This document shows positions 1 through 13,800 of a stretch of 44,904 nucleotides of DNA, piece by piece; the stretch's first letter is position 1, and the number at the start of each line of letters is the position of its first letter. Where the stretch lies: contig LPNZ01008668.1 in the NCBI GenBank assembly GCA_001655205.1, positions 1-44,904 of the forward strand, given 5' to 3'. Source of the stretch: Lenisia limosa. Its lineage: Eukaryota; Protista; Breviatea. The position numbers and the translations under genes are program-made. The notes under the pieces are model-generated. The model was not told the origin of the DNA. It was given only the letters and a program-made list of their open reading frames with translations, and ran no database searches.

Positions 1-3000
1 CGAAGAAGACGAGATTGAGGAAGTTGCTGCTCCTGAACCTGCTTCCAAGAAGAAGAACAAAAAGAAGGGAAAGAAGTATGCTGAAATTTCTTTTCATTTC
101 TATTCCATTTTTTTCGAGTTTAATCCTTTAGAGTTACTGAGGAGAGTGAACATGTTGAAGGTAGGAAGCAACATTTGAAATTTATGATGTAGAACCTCCT
201 CAAGAGCCTGAAGAGGAGGCTCCAGAGGAGAATACGCAATCAGCTTCTTCAAAGAAGAGAAGAAAGAAGAAGAAGAACAGCAGCCAAGCTCAGGAGGAGA
301 AACCTGTGGAGGCCGAGCCAGTGGTTGAGGAGAAGAAGGAAACCGCCAAGGCCCCAGCAAAGAAGAAGCTAAAGTTTGTCAATGGTTCTTTGTCTTACCA
401 AATAGTCCCAAGCTTGAAGCCCTGAGAAAGCTGAGGGAGGAAAAGAAGGCAAAAGAGGAGGAAGAGGAGAGGATCCGTCTGGAAAAAGAAAGAGCTGAAC
501 AGGAAGTGAGAGGGCTTGAACAAATTTGACAATCTCATTTTGGATAAACAGCGTGAATTCAAATGCTCTTCTTTTTAGGAGCTGGAACGAATTGCGCAGG
601 AGGAGCTTGAAGCTGAGATGGAAGAGGAGAAGAAAGCGGAAGAGAAACGAAGGAAAAAGGAGCAGCTGAGGAAAGAAGGAAAGCTTCTCTCAAAGGGCCA
701 AAAAGAGAAGAAGGTATGCTGAAAGAACTGTTCTCATCTGTAGGCACGGCAGCAAGCCTCTCTTGAGCGCATGCGTGAACAAGGTATTGAAGTACCCAAC
801 GTTGAGGACCAAGATGCTCCCAAGAAGGTTTGCCTCTAAATTCAATTTTATTGCATATGTATGAAATATGATATAATCATATATTATATCGATATCATAT
901 ACTATGATGATAGATATTCCTATTCCTATCATCATCAATTTGTTACCCTCCTCTTCATGGGTATAGAAAAAGGTCGTGTATGGAAAGAAAAAGAAGACTC
1001 AGACACCCACACCCACCGCTTCTCCTCCCCCCGAAGAGAAAAAGCCTGAGCCTGTGGTTGAAAAGAAACCCGAGCCGGAGCCAGTGAAGGAACCGGAACC
1101 AGAGGTGCGGCTTTCCTGGTTCTCATCATATCTAGGAGGAGGACGACGTTTTGAGCGACTGGGATTGCGCTGATATTGATGACATTCCTGTTGTTGAAGA
1201 GTTGATGGACGAAGAGGAGAGAACTCTCAAGAAGGTATGAAGGTTTTTTTGATTCGGGTTAATAGTGTAGGAGGCAGAGGCAGAGAAGAAACGCCTTGCT
1301 GCTGAGGAGGAAAAAAAGAAGGAACTGAGCCTAAAGAAGAAGCAAAAGGAGAAGAAACGTCTTGAAGAAGAGGAAAAGAAGCTTGCTGAAAGAGTTGGCT
1401 CGAATCGCAACGAACTTTTCTTATTGAACAGGAAGCCTCTATGCTTACCAACGATGAAGTGGCTGACGATACTGACGCCAATATGCGTTCACCCATCTGC
1501 GTTATTATGGGGCATGTCGATACTGGTAGGAACTGGTATTTTCTAGCGCATTCTTCTTTCCATTTATCCTCCCAGGAAAGACCAAATTGCTGGATCGCAT
1601 TCGATCAACAAATGTCCAAGACAATGAAGCAGGTGGAATCACCCAGCAAATTGGTGCCACCTACTTCCCTACCAAAGTATGTTGATTCTTCTCAACTCAC
1701 AGTATTCAGATTCTTCGTGACCAAACAAGGTCTCTCGGCAACAAGCTGAAGGTCGACGTTCCTGGTCTTCTCGTTATCGATACCCCTGGCCATGAGTCTT
1801 TCACTAACTTAAGGTATGTGATCGTGTATAAGAACCATTTTTCACCCAATAGGTCCCGTGGTTCTAGTCTCTGCGATATTGCCATCTTGGTAGGCTCTGA
1901 TGCTTATTATCGATCTTTGGCTGTTATTATTTTGTTTTTTAAGTTTCTGCTGAGCTTTTGACGGTGTACTCATGCCGCAGGTTGTTGATATTATGCATGG
2001 TCTCGAGCCTCAAACTCTTGAGTCCATCCGTCTCCTCAAGGATCGTGGTACTCCCTTCATTGTCGCCCTCAACAAGGTAACTTTAGGCTAACTTTACCTC
2101 TAATTCTAATTTCTCAGATCGATCGCATGTACGACTGGAGAGCTTTCCCGAACTACCCCGTTCGCGATACCTTTGCCAAGCAGAAGGAGGTTTGAGTGCA
2201 CAATTTTCATCGTAATTCTGCTGTTCAAGGTTTAATAGTTTAGTCGACAATGAATGAATACGACTCCCGTCTCAAGAAAACCGTGCTCGAATTCGCCGAG
2301 CAAGGTGGGTTAAAAGATTGCATATCTTGACAACCAGGTCTCAACGCTGTGCCCTACTTCAAGAACAAAGACTTCAAGAAAAACATCTCTCTGGTGCCCA
2401 CTTCCGCCATCACTGGAGGTTTGCTCTGCTTCTTCCCTTTTACTCATAAAATAGAGGGAATTCCCGATCTTCTTATGCTTCTCATTCAACTGAGTCAGCG
2501 CTTCATGAACGAACGTCTTGCCTACCTCACAGGACTGCAATGCACAATTCTTGAGGTCAAGGTTATTGAGGGTCTTGGTACCACAATTGATGTCATTCTG
2601 GTAAATGGTGTCCTTCATGAAGGTGACACAATTGTGGTCTGTGGCATGAACGGCCCAATTGTAACCCAAATCCGTGGCCTTCTCACTCCTGGTAAGGTGT
2701 TTGTTTTGAGCTCACTTGCTTTAGAGCCCATGCGTGAACTTCGAGTGAAGAACGAGTACCGGCGTAACAAGCGTGTGAAGGCTGCCATGGGTATCAAGGT
2801 CATTGCCCAGGGCTTGGACTCCGCAGTTGCTGGTTCATCTTTGATGGTGCAAAATCAGGGAGAAGACATTGAAGATCTGAAGGAGGAAGTAATGGAGGAT
2901 CTCGAGAAGATGCTTAAGGTCGGAGACACGGTTACCAACGGTGTCTGTGTACAAGCCTCTACCCTCGGTTCTTTAGAGGCTTTGTTAGAGTTCCTCAGAA

Positions 3001-4014
3001 CATCAAAAATCCCTGTCGCGGGTATTAACATCGGTAAGATACCCATCGCTGTCTTATCGCTTCAGGCCCTGTCCATAAGAAGGATGTCACCAAAGCAGCC
3101 GTTCAAATGGATTACAAAAAAGAGTGAGCTGTTTTTGTGACTAATCGATTAGATATGCTGTCATTCTTGCTTTTGACGTTCCTGTTGAGACTGCCGCACG
3201 TGACTATGCTGACCAGCATGGCGTCAAGATCTTCACTGCTGGTTTGTGCTCTGTCTCTGGACCATGTTTCACCACCTCTAGAGATCATCTATCATCTCTT
3301 TGACATGTTTACGAAGTACATGGAAGAGACTCGCGAAGCGGTTTGTACATCTCCTAGTTTTATGAATTTGACCCATAATTGTATTGGCAGAAGATGCCAA
3401 TCTGACATCTTCAGGCACGTGCTGAAGCTGCCCCTGAAGCCGTGTTTCCATGCGTTCTTAAGATCCTCCCCGATTGCATCTTTAACAAAACTGTAAGACC
3501 AGGTAATTTGTTACGGTGTAGGACCCCATCGTTCTTGGAGTGAACGTAGAAGAAGGCGTTTTGAAGGTGTCCACGCCCCTAGTCGTTGGAACTAAAGACG
3601 TGGGTCTGACTCCGGCACTGCGCTAATCTTCTTTTTTTCATCAACCTTTTTCAAGAGACACTTTGCTGTTCATAATGGTTGCTTAGAACCTCTTCATCGG
3701 ACGAGTCGGCTCCATTGAGCACAACCACAAGGAGGTCGCTTATGCCAAGGTTCGCTGCACTTGTGCCTCACCCTCTGTAGAAGGGTGACTCTGTCGCGAT
3801 CAAGATTGTCAACCAAGGCTCCCACGTTGCCTATGGCAGACACTTCGACCACAAGGACCTTATTCTGCCCAGGATCACCCGTACCTCCCTTGACCTCTTG
3901 AAGGAGAATTTCAGAGTATGTATTGGACTTTTTGTTCCTAATGTTTTGCAGGACGATATCAAGGAACACATCAAGCTCATTGTTCGTCTCAAAAAGCACT
4001 TTGACATCCAGTAA
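1..4014 (+). CDS. EIF5B: Translation initiation factor eIF5B (IF2 homologue), multi-exon, 5'-partial
   Basis: Spliced exons read [117 protein letters not shown] and [11 protein letters not shown]-rich N-terminal region. Stop TAA at 4012-4014. Confidence 0.97.
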
Positions 4015-4128
4015 ACGACACGCCCAAGGTATACTTTGAAAAATTATGAAGATCTATTCCACTGTTTCATTTTTAGAAGCCCAACAATTGACCATGCTAC
4101 CTACCATCCATAGAAAAATTAACCCTAG

Positions 4129-5542
4129 TTAGCCATGACCACGCTGTTTCTCTCCCTTCTGGGTCTTTTTCTTTGCCTTCTCCTTCGCTGCTAGTTGCTT
4201 TGCCTATACAATAACCCTCCAAACGCACTTTTACCTTCAACTCCTTGTTGCGTTGAACCTCGGATTCATGTTTCTGTTTATGGGCAAGTTTGTCCTGATG
4301 CCTCTGGTCATCAGCAATGCTTCGATTTGAAGTCGACAATGAATCAAGGGCTAATCGTCAATCAACAATGGGTCAAACCGTCAATAATACTTCCTTTCTT
4401 CTTGGTGGAAGTATCCAAGTACATAACATTGTCGTTTTCGTCAGTCATCTCATCAACAATCTCTAAAAATATTAACGATACCTGCAAGAGTATTGTTATG
4501 GGCCAAAGCCAACAACTTGTGTAATTGCAACTGTTAAATATTCTTATTATTTCAACTTGAAAAGTGCTCCACTTCAACATATGACATGTTGATAATTCTT
4601 CTCAAATAGAGGAATTGCATATTCTATACCTCAAACCATATTTCTTGAGCATGTTGTCCCTGTCTCTCAACTCCTCCTTCGTTAAAGTATCCCTACACAT
4701 CAGAATGGATATTGTCAGTCTACCGTGTTGCTTTGTGGCCGCCCTTATCAGCCTTCTTCTCCTCAACTTCAATTGTCGCTACTGTCTTCTCAATGATGTC
4801 TGCAGTTGTTTCATGGGGTTCAACTGTTTTCTCTGAAAGTCACACAGGATACAACAGAGGTCCTACCTGGGACATTGCTTTTTGAACTTGTGTGCTGCGC
4901 AACCAACTCAGAGACCTGGGCTTGGCATTCACTTTCCTATAACTTGTCAACCAAGAAATATAGTCACTCATCACCCAAAGATGATGGTGATACAACCGCC
5001 TCAACCGTGTAAGCTTGAAGGAACTCCTCAATAGCAATAACCTTCTTATGGTGATACCCCCCCCCCCNNNNNNNNNNNNNNNNNNNNNNNNNNNNNNNNN
5101 NNNNNNNNNNNNNNNNNNNNNNNNNNNNNNNNNNNNNNNNNNNNNNNNNNNNNNNNNNNNNNNNNNNNNNNNNNNNNNNNNNNNNNACCTTCTCGTCATT
5201 TGGGTAGTCTTCATCTTCCAAAATACCTAAGTATATGAGAGATCACGAAGCGCGATGACAGTCACTGCAGTTAATTAATCTCTGGATAGAAAACAACTTT
5301 AAAATTAGAAGCAAGAGTGAGAGACAGACAGCAAGAACGAAGGGATTTGTCATGACACTAATACTCTTCTAAAGAGGATCGAACTTGAATTAGAACCAAA
5401 GAACATATCTACACAATCTGGAGGGAAAGAAACTGTTGAAGTCCATTTCCTTCGCCATTCCCCACCCACTGAGAATATATTCCTCCACATCTTCGTCATA
5501 AACCATCGAGATCGACTTAAAGAGTCCTGCCACTATTGTCAT
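4129..5542 (-). CDS. CCDC43-like coiled-coil protein, multi-exon (N-gap in an intron)
   Basis: Spliced MTIVAGLFKSISMVYDEDVEEYILS...EDEDYPNDEKKVIAIEEFLQAYT...MLKKYG...QDKLAHKQKHESEVQRNKELK...AAKEKAKKKTQKGEKQRGHG*. The N-terminal Y-I-L-acidic segment and C-terminal KKxTQKGE resemble CCDC43 (from recall, not a search). Confidence 0.7.
5068..5186. other. Assembly gap (N run) next to poly-C
   Basis: Eleven C at 5057-5067, then N at 5068-5186. Confidence 0.95.
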
Positions 5543-5840
5543 ATTGTCATTAAATGATTGCTGAAGGCTGAAAGTGCTGACAAAGTGCTGAAAAGCAAAA
5601 ATCCTTTTTGGTTGGATCGGTTGATCTTGTTCCCTCACCCGCCCGCCACCTGCCAAGCCTTCTGTGCCTTTTTTTTTTATGCCCACAACACCACACAACA
5701 CTGCATCAAAACATCAAGATAGATATGGATAGATAATTTGTTTATGGCAGTTATATGTTCTAGCACTTCACTCTAATACTATCTAATTCCAATAAACCCG
5801 AGTAGTAGAGTTTCAGGATTGAAGAAAGAAAAGCATCACA

Positions 5841-7349
5841 ATGACTCGAATATACACCTGGGGGCTTGGCAAAAATTATCAGGTGAGCATTGGTCCATTA
5901 GTTTTGATGAGTTAGCTTGGATCCAAAAACAAGAATAATGAAGCATGTCCATATTTGGGTTTGTTTTGAAGTGGGGTAATATCTAGTTCCGCTCCCGGGC
6001 AAGCTGAAGTCGGCAACTGTTGTCCAAGTGGCCTGTGGTGCCCATTCGACTTTCGCTCTCACTGGTAGGCTACCAAGGCGCTGACAAGCCTAGACTGTGG
6101 ACAGCTGTGGGCTCTTGGCTGTGGCAAGCACTTCCGCCTTGGGCTTGAGCATGACGACGATGTGCAGGAATTCACACAGATCCCACTACCAGGTAACCGC
6201 TATTGTTTTAACGTCGCAGAAATGAAGAATGAAAAACTTGTGTCTGTGTCAATTGCCTGGCACGGAATTGGATTGACAGGTTTGCCCAATTGTAATGTGA
6301 TGTTCGAGACAAGGGGCGAGTTTTGACATGGGGCCACCGAGGGGGTCTTGGACGAAGCGGCGGGCATAGTCCAGACTTTGTGGAAATTTTGAATGAGTAA
6401 GTCCTGCAAACCTCATTTGACTATCAGGACTGGACAACCAGAGGAAATCAAATCTATCTCAGCCGGCCATCAGTTCAGCCTGGCAGCGTCCGCCTCTGGA
6501 GTGCTCTACTCCTGGGGTGTCGCACATGACGGCTGTCTTGGGAGGGGAGGCCAGGCGGATAAACCAAAGGAAGTTGCTGTGCCGGGGTAAGACTTTTGTG
6601 AGATCACCCTGTAGACATGTTATTGGCGTATCTGCAGGCTATGCACATGCAGCGTGTTGGACTGCTGACGGTTTGGGATGGGTAGCAGTTGAGTGTAACG
6701 CAAACAGGCCTTGCATATGCGTGGGGCCGAAGCGAATGTGGCGCTCTTGGCGTAGAAAAACAGAAAGCAATGATGGCATCAAAGTAGGGGTTTTTTTGAT
6801 TCAAAGTCCAAGAACAACAGGAGGACGAATGATTGAACAGCCAGTCGAAATGAAACTTCCAGAAGGGATAGTAGTGTGCGAAGCTGGATGCTCTAAAGGA
6901 CAGGTCCATCACCACACTACGTTGCGAACTTCAGATGGATTGTATGCTGCTGGAGACGGCTACAAGGTAGGAAGCCGTTAACTTTACTGCAAAGGACAAG
7001 CTGGGTCTTGACACCACCGACTTAGTGTTCACCCCGGGTAAACTCCAAACTCCAGTTGGCAACCACCAGCAATTGGCAATTGGTAACCTTACTCTGGTCG
7101 TTTACTTTAAGGTGGCATTCACAGTGCCCTCCTTGCCGAGGATACAGCATGGACTTGGGGGTGCGGGTCGGATGGCAGAATGGGACACCCGGAATCTGTC
7201 AACTTTAGGTACCTTTTCAAAGAAAGTTGGTTGCTTTTTTTACTCATCCATGCATAGAAAGTCCGCGTAAAGTGGAAGGAATAGTTGGGAAGGTCATATC
7301 CTTGTCATCGTCGTACTATCACATGGCTGCTGCTGCTGAAGACAAATAA
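5841..7349 (+). CDS. RCC1-repeat (beta-propeller) protein, multi-exon
   Basis: Exons MTRIYTWGLGKNYQ, VVQVACGAHSTFAL, GLGCGKHFRLGLEHDDDV, IKSISAGHQFSLAASASGVLYSWGVAHDGCLGRGG, SAGYAHAACWTADG and LYAAGDGYK are typical RCC1 repeats. Ends YHMAAAAEDK*. Confidence 0.8.
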
Positions 7350-7432
7350 ACTGTTTATGTATGAATGTCCAATATCATTGCGCTGAGGATTGAATCAAAA
7401 TTATGTTTTGACCAACTGGTTGTTAGTTAGTA

Positions 7433-7760
7433 GGGTGCCGTGCAATTAATTGCAATTAGTTGTTACAACTATTTTTTTCATCTCTGCAATTGAATTGGGG
7501 GCAATTATTTATATATAAATCCGTATTTTTGGCTGGGTACCATCTTTGTTAATAAAACTGACCCTTGATGAGCCCTGTTTTTTTTGTTTTTTGAAGATAA
7601 TACTATGTCATCAAATAACCCAGTCGGTATTTTCAATCATACTGTTGTCATTTTAAATTTTAAACTATTGAAAATCCTAATTGATTGGTTTGGAGAAAGA
7701 TGATGCCATTTAATTTGGTAATTATTTGCACTTATTGCAGTATTTAATTGTACGGCACCC
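7433..7760. mobile_element. MITE-like non-autonomous DNA transposon with ~30-bp imperfect TIRs and TA flanks
   Basis: Left end TA|GGGTGCCGTGCAATTAATTGCAATTAG. Right end reverse-complemented TA|GGGTGCCGTACAATTAAATACTGCAATAAG. AT-rich non-coding interior, lying between convergent 3' ends. Confidence 0.75.
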
Positions 7761-7895
7761 TATTAATTAGAGAGAGCTATTCCATTTATATCGTTTTTTG
7801 AAATATTTCCCAAACCAAAATACAATACAATACATTAAAAAACAACTCATCAAAATGCTACCAATAATATAATATACAAAGCTATGTTCCTGAAG

Positions 7896-10800
7896 TTAAG
7901 AATGTTGGGGAGGGGGAGGGGGGTGGAATTGACAACCTGATTCTGAACACACTTTTCGTAACTCAGAGTCATACAAATCAAGATGCTAAACCTTCAGAAA
8001 CAACTACCAAACTAACCTCTAACGCAACTGAATACGCGTTTTTGAGCGTTTCAACCTCTGTCCAAAACTTGTCATCCTCGAGAGGTATGCTTGACACCTC
8101 CGCTTGAATTTCCTGAGGTTCTTCCTTTCAAGTGAGGGTATAGCAGACGCTTACAGTTGTAAGTTTCAATACTCTCTGAGAAAGGCGGTCATTTTCATTT
8201 TCCAGGTCAGATACTGCCTTCGCAAGTCTAAAGAGTAATCTTCTCTCCTCCATCATATCTTACAAAGCTATCTCCTGTGATGCTTGTTCAAGTTGTGTTT
8301 TCAAGCCTCTCAATTCAGACTGATGCTGAGAATTCGCAGTGGTTGTGACTTCTGTATTAGCCTTGATTGTAGCAGCTAGAAAGTCAGACTAAATAATAAC
8401 TTACTGAGCTCATTTGAAGAACTTTGCAGTCTGGTTTCCGCTGTTTTCAAACGGGTTTCACATACGCGTAACTATACATTAGGTGTGTCACAATTCAATA
8501 ACTGTACATCAAAACACCCACTTTTTTCCTCAGAGCATCATAATGAACGCCCATTGCCTCAGTCTTCTCTACGGTAGCTTTGGCGCTGTCAAGATCTCGT
8601 CTGAAATGTTACCTAAGTCCTACCAGTGTTTCACCCCCCCCCCCCNNNNNNNNNNNNNNNNNNNNNNNNNNNNNNNNNNNNNNNNNNNNNNNNNNNNNNN
8701 NNNNNNNNNNNNNNNNNNNNNNCAGCTTTTTGTGCCTTTGTTGTGATATATATAAAGCCTACTTTCACAGCTTGCATGTACTTGGTGTTTGTAGTTGCGT
8801 TGGATTTGAGGGAGTCATTTTCTCTTTGGATTCTCGAAATCACCCCCTGATAAAATGATTTCATACACAACTCTCACTTTCAGTGAAATTACCAAATTTT
8901 CCATTTCTGCCATGCTTTGTTTATTACCTTTGACTTTTCTGAAACGTCAGAAGCACGACAGCTTATCAATACTCAAACCCCTTTCGTCCAGTCTCTCTCT
9001 CTAAAGACTCATTGTAGGCCTCCAAGTCATTGATTCGCCCCGCCAATCTGGTCGCGTCAAGACAGGAAAGTACCAACCTGTCGGCCCTCTTTTCGGCCTC
9101 CACAGCAGTGAACTTGGCGTCAAGCACCTTTGCAGCCATATCGTCGTGAGAATCCTCCACAAGGGCCATGTCTTCAGTTCCGTCCTCCGCAACTCCTGAA
9201 CAAATTAGTCAAGGTGATAACTAACCAGCCAAGATCCTGAGTCTTCGTCTTTCCTCAGGCCACGTGACTTCCGCATCTCGCCGCATCACGGCCTGGCTTG
9301 AATGCAATTCTTCAATATCGCGTCGCAGATCTGAGATCGTTTTCAGGGCCTCAATTGACATTCCAGTAGTGTTTCTGAAGGTTACATGAAAAAGAGCCAA
9401 CTTTCGCCTCTTTAGTTCGGCTTCTGCTGCGGTAAGATGATGTTGCAACTGGTCAGCCTTCTTGGTTGCGGCCACGCATTCATTTTGAAGTTGCGTCAAT
9501 TCTGACTCAAGCCTCTTTATCTAAAATAGGGTGACGGCATTTTTCTTCAAATACTTTCTTTTCAAGCTTCTTGCCCTTCTCCCATGCAGCAATAACTTGC
9601 TTCTGAGAAGGTTCTGGTTTGGTAGGCGATTCATGTTCTCGAGAAGGTGGCTCTTGTACCACGGGTGCTGCAACAGCTTCTTCTGACTATGGTGTGAACC
9701 AGATTAAAGAGCCTACAAGTTTTTCCTGGGCCTCATTTCGCTGCTTTTCTGCTTCCTCTCTTGCCTGAAATGTGATTATTACTGATTAGGCAAATATGCA
9801 ATTTGACCATCTCCGGACTTCCCACCTTGTTAGCCAAAGCCACCGCTTTGGAACCCTCCAGTGCTGCGGCCCTCGCGGATTCAAGCGCCTCATTTTGCTG
9901 CTCGTAGCTGTCTTCTATCTCACAGACCTGAAATGATGAGTAAACTCCAGCATGGTCACCTGTTTCTTGAGGGAGTCAACCTCCGCTTCCAGTTCGCGTA
10001 TTCGGCTGTCTAGATCCAATGAAAGCAGGACAACATTTTGCAGTACCTTCGCCAGCAATTCGGTTCTGCTGGCCTGCTGAGATCTCAGCTTCAGCCTTGA
10101 GGTCGGCATTTCTGATCATGTCCTCCCGCAGATGTGCAAGAGCAATCTTGAGTGCGGCCAGTTCCTTGTCTTTGGTTGCGAGTTTTGCTCTGAGAGACGA
10201 CACTGCCCTTACCATAGGCTGAAGCGTTACAACAAAACAGCAAAAGTTGGTACATACCACCTCAGAAGGCCTGGCGCTCTGAGCCTCCATCCGAGCCACG
10301 AGGTCAGTCTTAGTATCAAGCGACCGTTGCATATTTTCCAGTTCAAGCTGAAAGTTGCGAGAGTTGTGTTCAGCATTAATCGTTGATTTCTGAGCTTTGT
10401 CAAGCTAGAAGTCAGTAAAACAGAATAGGAAAAACCTTAGTTGTCAGTGCTTGTATTAAGAGGTCCTTTTCAGAAAGCAGCTTCTCAACCTCCTAACAAG
10501 TTAATAACGTTGGTAAGCACATACCTTAGGTGTGATTCCAGCCATGAGTGGTTCTTGTGGTTGCGAACTAAACCGTAAACAACAGAGTTTAGTAACTCAC
10601 CCAGTGTGGTCCAAAGCGGTTCTAAGTTGCGCTAGTTGTGCATTAGACTCCCCAGCTAGTCGATCTGCTAACCTCGACACTTCCTGACTTCCCTTCTCTC
10701 TTTCCGCTAAAGCCTAAAGTATTAGAGCAAAGATATGCAAACTGAGATGTGGGACTTTGCAAGGAGTTGACGGTATCGTTCTACCGACTCCTCTCGCGAC

Positions 10801-13800
10801 TTCAGTGCAGTCTTCAGCCTCTCAATGGTCTCCACGGCCAAGCTGTATTGTTGCTGCAACGCTAAAGGGTTAGCTTCATCATCAGAAATGGAAGAGTCTT
10901 CGATAAATCGCGTAAGCAACAGCCAGGCTCACCATCAGGCATTGAAGACGGAACAGGAAGAGAGGAGTCACCCAAGGCGCCGGCCGCTGCAAGTCTCGTG
11001 TTCGCTGCGCGAAGCCTTTCCTCGTAGCCTATTGCCTGAACGTTAATGACTGGTCTGAGCGTTTATTACCTCGCTTCGCGCTGACACGAGCGCCTTTTCA
11101 GCTTGGTCCGTGCGGCGGCGAAGGTCGGAGCATATTTCTCGCTCGTCTGCTAGTCTCGATTTTAGGGCTGCAACTACTTCATCCTGGGGAATCAATCAAC
11201 CATGTTAAAGCGAACCTGGTTGGCAATTCTCGCAATGAGCTCCTCCTTAGGCTCAGATCCCGACGGCTTGGGGACTAGCAACAAGGCTTCCACCGCAGTG
11301 TCCACAGCTGAAGGGATGAGGTCAAAAAAGTCCGAACCGGTTCGAGTCTCCTGAGTCGAGACATGATTTCGGGCCGAGGAAGCTGGAAAATGAGACCCAC
11401 ACAAGGGCAAACCAGGTGGTGACGGCTGAGATGTTGATGAAGTAGCGTCAAACATCACTGGTTTTGCGGGCGGCGTTTTAATGGTCTGAGCAGGCACAGA
11501 CATGGATACTGCCGGGTTTTGCTCGGTTTCCTCCAGCTGAACGCGAAGGCCGATATTCGCTCGTTGCTCTTCAACAAGCAGGGTCTTGGGTGTGAGGGTC
11601 AATAATGGCAAACCTTCAGCGCCGTATTGGTGTCAAGCATGCATTGCAGCCTGGCTTCCAGCTCGTTTGAAGGCATGTTACCCCATGAGGACACATAAGT
11701 AGGCTGAACTAAATCGGTTTCACCAGCTGGCTCGGCTAAGGAGTAAATTGGATGGAAACCTGCCAACCAATATGCTTTTCTGGCGGCGAGGGAATGGGTG
11801 TGGGAGTTGCCAGGGAAGGAGGAGAAACTGAAACGGTCAAAAAAAAAGTAGATGTACATACGTATTGGAGCAGCAGGTTCCACAAGTATAGGTGAAGACT
11901 GCTGTGTTCTTTCGGGTTCAAGAGCAATAGTGGCTGGAGATTCTAATACTATCATGAGGAGAGCAAAATTGGAAACTTTATGTCCAAAAAAAGCCCAAAA
12001 TCAACTCTGTTGGCTATCATGGGGGAGAAAACATGGAAAACTAAAAACTAAAAACAACTTTTTCTTAACTTTGGGTTTGAAGAAAGTGGGAGGGGTGGTG
12101 AGGGCTGTCCATCTTCAATAAAGGTCAGAACAAACCTCTTGACCTCATTACTGGGGCAGTGGCCATACTAGGAGGAGGAGTCTCAAACCTAGACAGTAAG
12201 AAACTAAAAACCAATAACTGAAGAAAATACCTTGAAACAGAAGCTCCCAACGGTGCAGTGTTGTTGAGGTCCAAAGGAATGAATGTCGCTATTGCCTGCT
12301 CCCCAGTCTCCGTGATTTCGGTTTTATTCAGTCCGTCAGAGGAATTGAGAGAGAGTGTCACATCGGCCTGGAGCAATAACGAATATGCCTCCTTCAATCC
12401 CCAGTACTCAGCCTACCCTTCTTCTCAACCGCCGCAACGGCAGATTTCCAGCTCTCGAAGACGCGAGGGCTGAGGGGCGAGGACTGCAACTTGCAGGGAC
12501 GCCAACAGGAGCGTCTCCTGCCTCAATGATACTGACTGCATGCTCAATTGACGACATTGTCTGATCGGGGGACTAAAGAGTCAGATAAGCTTCATCTTAC
12601 CTCTTCCGTCGCCCCCTTCGCTGCATGATACAAATCATCCGAAGTCAGCCCCATCCGGGCAGCCTTTTCTCCACGAGCAAGAGCTGCATATCTTAATTCC
12701 TGTGGGATCAAGCAGACTTATAAAGACCACCTTTTTCAGTGCAACGACTTCCTCCTCTAGCATTGCCACTTCGGTTGTAAGTTGCCGGTTAAGAGCACGG
12801 AGTTGTTCGAGTTGGACGGACCTATGATGTCCTAGTGCTTCGAGGCCAATTTCCACTGAAGGGTCCAGGCTAAAGCGTCAACAAGGCCTCGACTCTCACC
12901 CCATTTGAAGTTTCGCAGCAGAGAGCTGGTCTGCAAGTTCGCCAATTTGCCTTTCCCGTTTATTCGCTTGTTCAACCAATTCAGCGATCTGAGTGTCTCT
13001 TGTGTGAATAGATTTACTGAACAGATAAGAAGACATATCCACATTTCACAAACAATAGCTCATTGATTTCCTCTGAAGCTTCCTCGAGTCCATACACATC
13101 TGGGCATTATACCCAAGAAGAGGAGCCAAACCTTTTTCATATGCCTTCATGCGAGCCTTCATCGATATAATTTCGCTTTCCTTTCCAGCAGCACGATTAT
13201 CAGCCTAAAAGTAAGTTTTCACCTCCTAAACTCCTTTTGCCTACCTCTGCACGAAGTCGATCTGAGTTTGCAATTTGAAGTTCCTTTGCTTGCAACTATA
13301 ACCATTAATTACTGTCGGGTGGCTGACCTGAGACTTGTACTCGCTGTGCAGCCTAGAGATGTCTGCCGAAAGTCGGGCGTGTGCTGCAGACTGCAAAGTA
13401 ATCATTAGTGACAACAAAAAGCCATAAAAGGCTGCATCCAGCCAATCCCACCATCACATATAATATTTGATAAGTTTACCTACCGAGGTTGCCTCAAGTT
13501 CCGAAAACTGTTCAGCCAAAAAGTCCAAGTCTTTGCCACTCTCATCAATCTAAAGCTTAGAAAATTTATCTTTGGTCTCACCTCTTCTCTTAGGTTTTTA
13601 ATTACGTCATCCCTTTCGTGAATTGCTCTTCGTAAATCATCAGCAGAAGCCTGAACGTCAAAACAGTCATTAGAGACATACATGCTTCGCCTCCTCCCTC
13701 AATGATTCAATCTCTCGACTCAGGCTGTTATGATGAGAAAAAGGTCATTTTCGCAACATCATTATATTGAGTAAACCTTCATTGTTATCACTCACCGTGC

